Assembly (NCBI GenBank): GCA_963700635.1
Contig: CAVOYH010000003.1
Span: forward strand, 352,001-416,000
Source: an uncultured Bacteroidota bacterium
GTDB taxonomy: Bacteria > Bacteroidota > Ignavibacteria > UBA10030 > UBA6906
DNA length: 64,000 nt
Direction: 5' to 3'
Every line of letters begins with the position of its first letter. The first letter of the stretch is position 1. The position numbers and the translations under genes were made by a program. The notes beneath the pieces were generated by a model that saw nothing but the letters and a program-made list of their open reading frames with translations, had not been told where the DNA came from and did not search any database. Positions 43,565-52,626 of the stretch are shown here, one piece after another.

Positions 43565-44806
43565 ATGGCCACACTCCGTCCGTTCAAAGGGTACCGCCCT
43601 CTCCCACACTACGCCGCACAGGTTGCAGCAAAACCGTATGACGTGCTCAATTCAGAAGAAGCGCGCATCGAAGTACAGGGCAATCCATTTTCGTTCCTGC
43701 ATGTCGGGAAACCCGAGATCGATCTCCCTTCCGAAGTGCATCTCTATGACCAACGGGTGTATCAAAAGGGAAAAGAGAATCTCGAAAGACTGATCGGGGA
43801 TGGAATCCTGAAGGAGGATTCGTTACCGGCCTTCTATATCTACGCCCAGACCATGGGGGGACACACCCAGTATGGAATCGTCGGATGCGCGTCGGTGCAG
43901 GAGTATCTGGATAACACCATCAAGAAACACGAACTCACGCGAAAAGACAAGGAAGACGACCGGACGAACCATGTACGGGTGACCAACGCCCATTCCGGTC
44001 CGATTTTTCTGACGTACCGCGCACAGCCGTCGATTGATACCATTGTGACCGGCGTGTGCGCATCGGCGCCGGAGTATGACTTCGTCGCCGGAGACGATAT
44101 CCGGCACCGGTTGTGGGTCATCACCGATCCACAGACGCTCGTCGCAATTCAGAATGAGTTTAAGGCGATTCCGGCGTTGTACGTGGCGGACGGCCACCAC
44201 CGTTCTGCCGCCGCGGCGCGTGTGGGGAAGGAACTGGCCGACGCCAATCCGGGGCACCGCGGAGATGAAGAGTACAACTTCTTTCTGGCAGTGCTCTTTC
44301 CGCATAAACAGCTGCGCATAATGGATTACAACCGTGTTGTCAGGGATCTGAACGGCCGCACCGAAGAGCAGTTCCTCAAGGAGGTCCGGGCTTGCTTCGA
44401 GGTCGCGCCGGCCCCGGCACAGCACAAGCCTTCCCGCAAGGGAGAATACGGCATGTATCTGAATCACAGATGGTATTCGTTAGCGGCTCCCGCTTCGCTG
44501 ACGTCCGTCACCGACCCTGTTGAACGGCTTGACGTTTCGCTTCTGCAGAAAGCCATCCTTTCGCCCATCCTGGGAATCGATGATCCGCGGACGAGCAAAC
44601 GGATAGATTTTGTAGGAGGAATCAGGGGGTTGGGAGAGCTTGAAAAGCGGGTGGATTCAGGTGAGATGAAGGTTGCGTTCGCGCTCTTCCCGACGTCGAT
44701 AGAGGAATTGCTGGCCATCGCCGACGCCGGAAAAATTATGCCCCCCAAATCGACGTGGTTCGAGCCGAAGCTGAGGGACGGGGTGGTCGTGCATATGGTC
44801 CGGTAA
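43565..44806 (+). CDS. DUF1015 family protein
   Basis: PYDV, IKKHELTR, YVADGHHR, YNR, MPPKSTWFEPKL. Confidence 0.92.
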   Translation: MATLRPFKGYRPLPHYAAQVAAKPYDVLNSEEARIEVQGNPFSFLHVGKPEIDLPSEVHLYDQRVYQKGKENLERLIGDGILKEDSLPAFYIYAQTMGGHTQYGIVGCASVQEYLDNTIKKHELTRKDKEDDRTNHVRVTNAHSGPIFLTYRAQPSIDTIVTGVCASAPEYDFVAGDDIRHRLWVITDPQTLVAIQNEFKAIPALYVADGHHRSAAAARVGKELADANPGHRGDEEYNFFLAVLFPHKQLRIMDYNRVVRDLNGRTEEQFLKEVRACFEVAPAPAQHKPSRKGEYGMYLNHRWYSLAAPASLTSVTDPVERLDVSLLQKAILSPILGIDDPRTSKRIDFVGGIRGLGELEKRVDSGEMKVAFALFPTSIEELLAIADAGKIMPPKSTWFEPKLRDGVVVHMVR

Positions 44807-44873
44807 CGCCCGCACCCCGGATGATCGGTTCACACCAAATCCATTCCGGGGCGTTGCTCCAGATCCGACTGTC

Positions 44874-45524
44874 TCAGAGCTCCTTGATGAGCTTCACGAC
44901 TTTCCACACAAAATTCACTTCCCGCCGTTTTACCACCACCGCGTCGAATTCGGGATTAAACGGTATCAGATGAAGATAATTCCCTTCAAACTTCACTTTC
45001 TTGAGTGTGTCTTCGCCGTTCACGCGCACGACGCAGACATCCCCTGACCGTGCTTCCTGCTGTGGACTCACGACGACAACATCGCCGTCCTCAATCCGCG
45101 TCGCCATGCTGTTTCCCTTCACCCTTAAGGCAAAAGCTTCGGGGTCTTTGATGTCATCCACCGTGACATAGTCATCGGTGTACTCGGGATGAAACAGCGT
45201 AGCGACCTTGCCCGCAGGGACAGCGGAGATGAGGGGGAGGTCCACCAGACGGGTCTTCCGGCGGGATGAACCCGGAAGCAGATACATGTTCTCCGGACGG
45301 GGGGGCAGTGCATAGATATCTCCTTCGCCGGTCAGGAGCCAGCTTGCCTGCACACCGGTCGCTTTTGCCAGTCGGGTGATGGCAACGCCATCAGGCACCT
45401 GCTCCCCTTTCTCCCACCGCTGCAACGTCCTGGTTACCACCCCGGCTTTGCCCGCAAGGGTGGCCTGATCCATCTCCTTGTTCTCCCTCGCCTCCCGCAA
45501 CCGTTCACCGATGGTATTCTTCAT
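44874..45524 (-). CDS. CI/LexA-like repressor (XRE HTH plus S24 autopeptidase)
   Basis: XRE HTH ending WLLTGEG; VPAG cleavage site; VKGNSM Ser and TLKK Lys catalytic dyad. Confidence 0.9.
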   Translation of the reverse strand: MKNTIGERLREARENKEMDQATLAGKAGVVTRTLQRWEKGEQVPDGVAITRLAKATGVQASWLLTGEGDIYALPPRPENMYLLPGSSRRKTRLVDLPLISAVPAGKVATLFHPEYTDDYVTVDDIKDPEAFALRVKGNSMATRIEDGDVVVVSPQQEARSGDVCVVRVNGEDTLKKVKFEGNYLHLIPFNPEFDAVVVKRREVNFVWKVVKLIKEL

Positions 45525-45535
45525 TCATCTCCAGG

Positions 45536-45547
45536 GACATATTTGTC
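45536..45547. promoter_or_regulatory. Putative operator box 1, GACA-N4-TGTC
   Basis: GACATATTTGTC next to the repressor ribosome-binding region; matches the core of box 2. Confidence 0.65.
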
Positions 45548-45557
45548 AACTTTTTTC

Positions 45558-45586
45558 TTGACAGTACGACATAAATGTCGTATCAT
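45558..45586 (+). promoter_or_regulatory. Sigma70-type promoter for DUF72 with palindromic operator box 2 in the spacer
   Basis: TTGACA(45558-63)-N17-TATCAT(45581-86); inverted repeat TACGACAT-AA-ATGTCGTA at 45565-45582. Confidence 0.8.
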
Positions 45587-45596
45587 GCTGGTGGTC

Positions 45597-45625
45597 AATA
45601 TACGGAAGGCAAGGGAGACTGTCAA
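45597..45625 (-). promoter_or_regulatory. Sigma70-type promoter for the repressor gene
   Basis: Minus-strand TTGACA(45625-20)-N17-TATATT(45602-45597). Confidence 0.7.
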
Positions 45626-45651
45626 GGTTTTTTTTCAGAGGAGAGGCGAAG

Positions 45652-46560
45652 ATGAATAGTGCACGGTATCTTGTGGGTATCGGCGGATGGGAACACGACA
45701 TTCTGGATCATTGTTTCTATCCGGCCGCGGGCGCTTCGTCCGCACAGAAACTGGAGTTTTACGCCAGGTACTTCAACACGACGGAGATTCGTCCCACGTT
45801 CTGGGACGCTTCACTGGGCGCGAGCGATGCGCGCGAGTGGGCACGTGCCGTCTCCGCGAGGAGGGATTTCCGGTTTGTCGTAAAACTTCACTCTTCACTC
45901 ACACACGCACGGACGATCACCGCCCCCGTCGTGCACTCCATGCTTGATGTGCTGCATGAACTCCAACGTGGCGGCCAGCTGGGAGCCGTGCTGGCTCAAT
46001 TCCCCTATGCGTTCACGAACACCGGCGCCCACCGGTTCCATCTGGAAAAACTCGCCGCGACCTTCCGCGGGTTCCCCGTGCATGTGGAGCTCCGCCATGC
46101 GTCCTGGGAACAACCGTTTCTGGCAAGATTCTTCCGGGATCTTGATCTCTCTCCTGTTCATGCCGATCTCCCCCGGATCAAGCAGTTTCCGGTTTCCTTT
46201 CCCCGGCCGATCGGCCAGCAAGCGTATTTCCGGTTACACGGACGGAATGAAAAGGGGTGGCTGTTGAATGGCTACGATATCCGTTACGATTACCTCTACA
46301 ATACGCGGGAACTCCGGGAAATAAAACGGCGCGCGCTTTCCGTTCCGCCAAACTGCACAGATGTGCTTCTCCTCTGGAACAACACCACGGGAGGAAAGGG
46401 CCTTGCCAATGCCATGGAGATGAATGCGGCCCTGCACGAAGGCCGAACGATCTCTCTTCCTGCTCCAACCCTCCGCTCTTTTCCGCATCTGGCAAAAATC
46501 AACAGGCCGGCAGATCTCACGGGATCACTGTTTGACGGAGAATATAGAGACGTGGGGTAG
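45652..46560 (+). CDS. DUF72 family protein (TIM barrel)
   Basis: GIGGW, FYP, LEFYA..F, F.FVVK, QFP, ELRH.SW, YFRLHGRN, YDYLY...EL, NN. Confidence 0.88.
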   Translation: MNSARYLVGIGGWEHDILDHCFYPAAGASSAQKLEFYARYFNTTEIRPTFWDASLGASDAREWARAVSARRDFRFVVKLHSSLTHARTITAPVVHSMLDVLHELQRGGQLGAVLAQFPYAFTNTGAHRFHLEKLAATFRGFPVHVELRHASWEQPFLARFFRDLDLSPVHADLPRIKQFPVSFPRPIGQQAYFRLHGRNEKGWLLNGYDIRYDYLYNTRELREIKRRALSVPPNCTDVLLLWNNTTGGKGLANAMEMNAALHEGRTISLPAPTLRSFPHLAKINRPADLTGSLFDGEYRDVG

Positions 46561-46622
46561 AGTCCATTGAGCTCCCGGCCGCACGGACCGACATGGTTCA
46601 ACACAGTGCGGGGAGATCGGCT

Positions 46623-47480
46623 TCAGGAGTATACACCGGCCAGCGGAAATAGCCTGACAGGCCGGGGGGGCTTCACTGAGTTAATGAGATTAGCGGGGTC
46701 GGCGGGGAGGATAGGGCGGCTTTTTCCCTGAACCGCGCGGGCCGGACGAAGAAGGTCTGCCGGAGGACGAAGAGGTCCTGCCGGAGGACGAAGAGGTCTG
46801 CCGGAGGACGAAGAGGTCCTGCCGGAGGACGAAGAAGGTCTGCCGGAGGATGAAGAGGTTCTGTCGGAGGATGATGAAGGTCTGCCGGAGGACGAGCGAT
46901 TCGAGGACGAGCCTCTGTTCCCGCTCGTCGGACGCTGGCCTGATGATGGGCGTTTGGAATATGAAGTGGGTCTCGGCCTCATCGGTGGCGGTCCGGGCTG
47001 CAACCACTTGACAAAGGAGCCCTGGAATTCATACTCCTCAGGGGCCCGCGCAAGTTTCTCCTTCACAGGCGTCCTCCAGATCTCCCGGGCAAGGACCTTC
47101 GTTTCCTCCCCCTTGCGCAGCACACGCTCGCGATATGTTTTCTTCCACAAGACATGCCCGATGCCGGACACCATCCGGTCATTTGCCGCGGCACGAAAGG
47201 CGCTCAAGAATCCTTTCATGTAGGATTCATCATCCTTCCCCTGTACGAGCAATAGTACCCGTGCGGGGAGGAAACAGTATGCCTGTACTTCAAATCGATG
47301 CTCCATCGCCGTCTCGCGCAGGGCGTTCAGCACGTTCAGCACCCGCTCCCTGGCGGTGAAGACCGCGGCGCCGGCATGTGTCTCAAGGGTGATGACGTAC
47401 CGGTGCCGCCCGCGATAGTTAAACCGTTCCCGCGGTGTTTCTCCAGCACTGTACAGCTGCATGACGTCCGTTGTTGCCAT
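46623..47480 (-). CDS. RAYT/Y1 transposase-like protein lacking catalytic residues, with a Ser/Arg-rich repeat tail (native stop probably 46690)
   Basis: R.RFNY....YVIT, YCFLP, LW...Y.ERVLR, TPV..L...PEEY..GS layout; HUH and catalytic Tyr substituted. Confidence 0.7.
   Translation of the reverse strand: MATTDVMQLYSAGETPRERFNYRGRHRYVITLETHAGAAVFTARERVLNVLNALRETAMEHRFEVQAYCFLPARVLLLVQGKDDESYMKGFLSAFRAAANDRMVSGIGHVLWKKTYRERVLRKGEETKVLAREIWRTPVKEKLARAPEEYEFQGSFVKWLQPGPPPMRPRPTSYSKRPSSGQRPTSGNRGSSSNRSSSGRPSSSSDRTSSSSGRPSSSSGRTSSSSGRPLRPPAGPLRPPADLLRPARAVQGKSRPILPADPANLINSVKPPRPVRLFPLAGVYS
46741..46904. repeat. Coding tandem repeat, about 8 units of 21 bp (GCCGGAGGACGAAGA[A]GGTC[C]T), encoding R(P/T)SSSSG on the minus strand
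   Basis: Units start at 46741 (18 bp), 46759, 46780 (20 bp), 46800, 46821, 46842, 46863 and 46884 (degenerate). Confidence 0.95.
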
Positions 47481-47484
47481 GTCG

Positions 47485-48285
47485 TTAGAACAACCCTCTC
47501 ATCATCCCGCCATCCACGCTCACCGTTGCACCTGTCACGTAACTCGCCCGTTCCGATCCCAGAAACACGATCACATTGGCAAGTTCTTCAGGATCGCCGT
47601 AGCGCAGCAGCGGAATATCACCGGCCTGGTTCTGGAAATACTCCTCTACGGAGAGTCCCTGCTGTTTTGATCGCAGCGTGCCGATCTGCTGCATGCGGTT
47701 TGTAAGCATGAATCCCGGCGCCACGCTGTTTATCAGAATGCCGTCCTTGCCGCACTGCGATGCCAGCACCCGTGAGAGTCCCAGGATGCCGGGGCGGAGT
47801 GCCGAGGAGACGACCAGGTCATTTATCGGTTGTTTTGCGGCGATCGACGTAATGTTGACGATGCGGCCCCATTTCCTTTTGCGCATATGAGGAAGAACTG
47901 CACGGATACACCGCACGGTGCTCATCAGGGTCAACGTTACACCCTTCGTCCACTGAGCATCATCCAGAGCCTCGAATGGCGCAACAGGGGGACCGCCGGC
48001 ATTGGTAACAAGCACATCGATCCGCCCGAAGGTCTTCATTGTCCTGGTTACCATAGCTGAAATATGCCTGGGTTTCGTCAGGTCTGCGACCATGGGCACA
48101 ACCCGTACCGGAAGGTCCTCGGCAGCAGCACGTATCTCCTTCGCCGTCTCCGTAAGAGCCTTCCGCTCGCGGGAACAGATAACAACATGCGCGCCCTCTC
48201 GGGCAAATCCCAACGCTGCCGCCTTGCCCAATCCATGACTTGCCGCGCAGACAAGCGCTACGCGGCCGCGAAGTCCAAGATCCAT
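47485..48285 (-). CDS. SDR family oxidoreductase
   Basis: AASHGLG, LVTNAGGPP, SSALRPG atypical active site, NSVAPG, YVTG...VDGG. Confidence 0.92.
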   Translation of the reverse strand: MDLGLRGRVALVCAASHGLGKAAALGFAREGAHVVICSRERKALTETAKEIRAAAEDLPVRVVPMVADLTKPRHISAMVTRTMKTFGRIDVLVTNAGGPPVAPFEALDDAQWTKGVTLTLMSTVRCIRAVLPHMRKRKWGRIVNITSIAAKQPINDLVVSSALRPGILGLSRVLASQCGKDGILINSVAPGFMLTNRMQQIGTLRSKQQGLSVEEYFQNQAGDIPLLRYGDPEELANVIVFLGSERASYVTGATVSVDGGMMRGLF

Positions 48286-48410
48286 AGGATGTTCAACCTT
48301 GTGAGGTTAGTGGCAGTCCGATGGGCGCGCGCAGTGCGCGCCCGATCCGGACTCGTGCTCTAACGTGCGGAGAAGAACCGGCCGTTCACGACAACCGAAA
48401 GCACACCCTT

Positions 48411-48674
48411 TCACTCAGAAATACCGCGTGCTTTGAGAGCGCCGCGAATCCGAACCACGGCCTCTGCTTCCGGAATCTGCAGCCGGGCGGCCGTCGTGTT
48501 CACCACAATGTCCAGCGGATCCCGGCGATGCGAAAGCCAGAGCCAGATGTTGTACCCCAGCCGGTCACGATCGTGTGGCTCTGCCACCGGAATTCCTGCA
48601 ACACTTTCGTATGCAATTTTTTCAAGTGAACCTTCGGCACCCGGCTTTATCGGTGAAGGAGCTTTCGTCGTCAT
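48411..48674 (-). CDS. Small hypothetical protein (87 aa)
   Basis: ATG 48674 with an AAGGA RBS; globular helical-looking sequence filling the gap between genes. Confidence 0.65.
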   Translation of the reverse strand: MTTKAPSPIKPGAEGSLEKIAYESVAGIPVAEPHDRDRLGYNIWLWLSHRRDPLDIVVNTTAARLQIPEAEAVVRIRGALKARGISE

Positions 48675-48752
48675 TCGTGCTTCCTTATTGTCCCTGGCAA
48701 AATGGTGACCCGCAACGGAGAATGCGACCAATATACACAATCCCGGCTGGCA

Positions 48753-51488
48753 TTACAATTGATAGCCAATCATGAAATATGCCATGAATGGTCCCTGCTG
48801 TACGGGTTGATTCGAAAGGCCGGGTTGGAAATAGAACGCTTTTCCCATTCCTACTACGGCAGGACCTATAGGCGTTGCAAGGGCGAGTTCCAGCCCAACT
48901 CCGTGCAGGAGCGAACTGAATTTTATCTCTTCCGGCACCGCAGAAATGGTACCAAAATCGTATCGCGCCCGGATATACGTGTCAAAAAGCCACCGGATTG
49001 GCAGCATGTATCTCAGTTCGATGTTCACAAGGATTAATTGTCTCCCGCGACGGTCGTCTTCCCGCAATCCGTAAAACGAATCACGCCCTCCCATCCGGAA
49101 CTGTTGAGCGAGCGGCATAGTCTCATCGGCGAAACCGATGGTAAACTTTGGATGAAAGGTGAAGTGTTCTCCCAGGCTGGCGTAACTCTCATACATCACC
49201 TGCAGTGCGTTGAAGCCCACATCACTTCCCAGACTTTCCAGGCAGAACTCATACGACATCCGGAATCCGACTCCGGATGTCGGAAACGGGTAGGCGTTTT
49301 TTGTATCGACGATGGTTGCCAGCCGGACCATCGCAAGATGGTACCGTGCACCCAGGGCCGGCACATTGTCCAGATTCACCAGCCGGACATTCTGTACAAT
49401 CAGTTCAGCGGTTGCGTTGCCAAGGCGTTCCAGCAGACTCCCGAACGAGAGGCTGACCCCGTACCGTATGTCACGATATTCGCCAATACTCTCACGTTCC
49501 CAGCGGTTTGGATGTGAAAGTGAACTGTTCACGTAGAGGTACGAATCGTATGACCGGTGGAACGCGCTTATCCCCAGAGTAAGATACGTTTCGAAAAGAC
49601 GTTGCGCGCTGAATTCCAGCTTCACGTCCCCGTTACGCTGTCCCCCCGAAACCGTGAGTCCCAGCTGCATCCCCGTCCCGCGGAAATTTTCATCCCGGAT
49701 GTCCACCAGTCCCTGCAGATGGCGTTCATCATCTGCGCGTAGCCCCATGCGGACAAGTTGCGAGGGCCGTTCTTTGATGCGAATCGTAAGCACGATCTCA
49801 TCCGTCAGCGATGTGATCTCCAGATACACGTACTCGAACAACGATGTTCCGTTGATTTGCGAAAGTCCACGGCGCGCCTGTTCCAGCTGGAACACATCGC
49901 CCGGCACCATGGGAAATTCCTGAAGAAGAAAGGCATCCTGTGTACGCACTCCCCCCTCTACCTCAATTCTGCCGACAACACCCTCATTCATGGTGATCGC
50001 AAGGACCCCGGAGCGTTCATCGAGGTTGAGTGATTCCACGTGAGCCAGGGAGACGCCCCGCTTCCGGTACAGCCTGATGAGATTTTCCCTGGCGAGGGTC
50101 GTCGCGTCGTGGTTCATCACCTTCCCGATGAGCGGCTGGAACACGGACTGCAACTCTGCGGAAGAAACGAGGCGATTTCCAGAAAAGACCACCCGGGAGA
50201 GCAGGGGGTTGGTTCTGGCATGCACCCACAACCGGGATCCCTCTGGCCCGGTCGTTACATCTGCCCAGACGCTATCATAGTTCCCCGTGGCATACACTGC
50301 GCCCAGAAATTGTTCCAGGTCATAGAGCGGAACCGGTCCGACCGTAAACGGCTGCGTGAGGGCCTCCCACAAAGAATCCGGGATCGCCGCATCGTCACGG
50401 TTACATGTGACCGGCGAGCGCAGAACTTCTCCCCCTGCAGCCGCAGCAATACTGTCTGTCAGCCGTTCGTACCGCTTCAGAATATCCGCCAGATGTTGTT
50501 CCGCCGTTTTATCCCCGATCCGGATGAGCGAATCAAGTCCTGCAAATGACGACGAAAGGTGACGCCCGATATCCGGCGTGATAATGATATCTCCGCCTGA
50601 CATCTGACGTTCGTTTACCTGCTTCATCATGATGCCCATGATCTGATCTGCAGTCTGCCAGGGGGCATTCATTTCATCCGCGCGCCGCAGTCCGCTTGCG
50701 GAATTAACAACAATAATAAGGTCACACCCTGCAGCACGCGCCACATCAACAGGAATATTGGATACCAGGCCCCCGTCCACGAGCTGCATGCTGTCTTTTT
50801 CGATAGGCGTAAACAGCAACGGAACTGTTGCGCTCGCGCGAAGCGCTTCAGCCAGCGAGCCATTCTGTAGAACAACCCGTTTCCCCGACACCAGATCCGT
50901 TGCCATGGCGCGGAAGGGTATTTTGAGATGATCAAAATCGGGGAATGGGTAATAGAGCGACTGAAGCATGCGGGCGCTGAGAAAATCTGTGAGGCGCTGC
51001 CCGGTGGATACCGCCGAAGGGAAGACCGGCTGCAATCCTTCAAATCGCACAGCAATAAAACTCCGGTCGTCGAAAATCTTCTGGTCCACAAACAACTGCG
51101 AACGCTGTATTTCGTCCCCGAGGCTGAGCACCTCATCCCAGTCCGTTGACACCGCGAGGGATTCAAGATCCTGTGTGGTGTATCCGGCGGCATACAGACC
51201 ACCGACAATCGCACCCATGCTCGTCGCGGCAATAAAATCAATGGGGATCCCGTTCCTCTCGAGGGATCGCAGGACACCAATCTGAGCAACGCCCCGGGCT
51301 CCACCACCGCTCAGGACAAGTCCGACTTTCGGGCGCTGAAGAGTATGTTGCGTGAGAAGACTTCGTTGTACCACGAAGGGAGGACGGAAGCGTGGATGGA
51401 GCACAAAGGAGGAATCAGCGGCGCAGAGGGCCTGTACACCGAACAACACCAGAACGGGGAGTACCATCATCCGGCGACGGCGCTTCAT
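48753..51488 (-). CDS. Patatin-like phospholipase with POTRA domains and Omp85/BamA barrel (PlpD-like)
   Basis: LVLSGGGARG, ATSMG, DGG; POTRA-like FSGN/VEGG; FRMGG..FYG, TPIGP, terminal GYQL. Alternative start 51542. Confidence 0.88.
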   Translation of the reverse strand: MKRRRRMMVLPVLVLFGVQALCAADSSFVLHPRFRPPFVVQRSLLTQHTLQRPKVGLVLSGGGARGVAQIGVLRSLERNGIPIDFIAATSMGAIVGGLYAAGYTTQDLESLAVSTDWDEVLSLGDEIQRSQLFVDQKIFDDRSFIAVRFEGLQPVFPSAVSTGQRLTDFLSARMLQSLYYPFPDFDHLKIPFRAMATDLVSGKRVVLQNGSLAEALRASATVPLLFTPIEKDSMQLVDGGLVSNIPVDVARAAGCDLIIVVNSASGLRRADEMNAPWQTADQIMGIMMKQVNERQMSGGDIIITPDIGRHLSSSFAGLDSLIRIGDKTAEQHLADILKRYERLTDSIAAAAGGEVLRSPVTCNRDDAAIPDSLWEALTQPFTVGPVPLYDLEQFLGAVYATGNYDSVWADVTTGPEGSRLWVHARTNPLLSRVVFSGNRLVSSAELQSVFQPLIGKVMNHDATTLARENLIRLYRKRGVSLAHVESLNLDERSGVLAITMNEGVVGRIEVEGGVRTQDAFLLQEFPMVPGDVFQLEQARRGLSQINGTSLFEYVYLEITSLTDEIVLTIRIKERPSQLVRMGLRADDERHLQGLVDIRDENFRGTGMQLGLTVSGGQRNGDVKLEFSAQRLFETYLTLGISAFHRSYDSYLYVNSSLSHPNRWERESIGEYRDIRYGVSLSFGSLLERLGNATAELIVQNVRLVNLDNVPALGARYHLAMVRLATIVDTKNAYPFPTSGVGFRMSYEFCLESLGSDVGFNALQVMYESYASLGEHFTFHPKFTIGFADETMPLAQQFRMGGRDSFYGLREDDRRGRQLILVNIELRYMLPIRWLFDTYIRARYDFGTISAVPEEIKFSSLLHGVGLELALATPIGPAVVGMGKAFYFQPGLSNQPVQQGPFMAYFMIGYQL

Positions 51489-51528
51489 CAGGACACCTCG
51501 CTCAGTCCCTCGCATGTATGCAGCGGAA

Positions 51529-52626
51529 CTACCTCGGCACATCTGTGCTCAGCCGGTAGCGTAAAATTATCCCCTGTTCCTGATCAAGCACGTACAGGAC
51601 TTTTTCGAAGAATGCCAATCCGGAAGGACGGCGCATTTGTCCATCCGAGCGAACGCGACCGAATGATTCCCCGCGCACAACACCGCGGCTGTTGAACTTG
51701 AACACACTGTCCAATCCTGCATCGGCAATAAACACATCCCTGCGCGAAGGATCAATGGCAACAGCCTTCGGGTAGACAAAACGGTTCGGACGGATAAAGT
51801 CAGCCGTCCGGTCCTCGAATCGTGCAGGATCAAACCGCGGCAGCCAACCCTGGAAATCACTTGTGCTTGAATAGACCATCCACAAAGCGCCGTATGCCAC
51901 GCCATCGGATGACTGGACCAGGACAAAATCATTACTGTTCGGGAATGCGGTTATCGATGTTGGATGGTTGATGTTGGCAATCCCGGTTCCGCTGCCGGTG
52001 ACAAAAGCGGGTAGTGGCGTAATAAACTTGTCGTTCTTGTCAAAGTACAGCACACGCGCGTCAGGGTCGATAAAACTTGAATTATCCTGTCCGTCTCTGA
52101 CGGCAAGGTAACTGTTGTCGCTTAATACCGTAATCCCGGGAAACCGTCTCCGGGGATGTGCAAGCTCGCGCCAAACGGTATCGATACGGGCCACTTCCAG
52201 ACGGTGGGCGGAATCCGCGGCCCCCGATACAAGATGAATACGAAACAGTGCACCAACCGTGTCACCGTTGGCAGCCACAAATTCTCCGCCAACAAGGAGA
52301 TCCAGACGGCTGTCCTGGCCGATTGCCACCGGACGGAGCATGGTACGCGTGCTCAATACACCGCCGGCCCTGTTGAGCATGACCAACCGATTCGCACGCG
52401 TGTCAGCCACGTACAGCAATTGGTCCCTGCCCAGCAGCAATCCTTCCGGCCCGGTGAAACCGCCGAACGGCGGCGTGATCGCGACGTATGCTGTGTCAAG
52501 CAGAGAGGCTGGCTGTTGCGGCAGCGTGGAGAGATCCATAGGAGAATCGCAGCCGGCAGTCCAAACCACGAGGCTCGAGATCAGGATAACGATTGAGCGC
52601 TGTATGGTGTCTCGAGAATGTCGCAT
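51529..52626 (-). CDS. Lipoprotein with NHL-like beta-propeller repeats
   Basis: Lipobox TAGC; LYVADTRANR, VFIADAGLD, PSGLAF...LYVLD. Confidence 0.8.
   Translation of the reverse strand: MRHSRDTIQRSIVILISSLVVWTAGCDSPMDLSTLPQQPASLLDTAYVAITPPFGGFTGPEGLLLGRDQLLYVADTRANRLVMLNRAGGVLSTRTMLRPVAIGQDSRLDLLVGGEFVAANGDTVGALFRIHLVSGAADSAHRLEVARIDTVWRELAHPRRRFPGITVLSDNSYLAVRDGQDNSSFIDPDARVLYFDKNDKFITPLPAFVTGSGTGIANINHPTSITAFPNSNDFVLVQSSDGVAYGALWMVYSSTSDFQGWLPRFDPARFEDRTADFIRPNRFVYPKAVAIDPSRRDVFIADAGLDSVFKFNSRGVVRGESFGRVRSDGQMRRPSGLAFFEKVLYVLDQEQGIILRYRLSTDVPR

Noticed and set aside
46741-46904. CRISPR array
   Set aside because: The repeats are contiguous with no unique spacers, encode a peptide repeat, and no cas genes are present.
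44874-47480. Prophage or active IS element
   Set aside because: No integrase, cro, structural or replication genes, no TnpB and no element ends. The Y1-like protein lacks catalytic residues.
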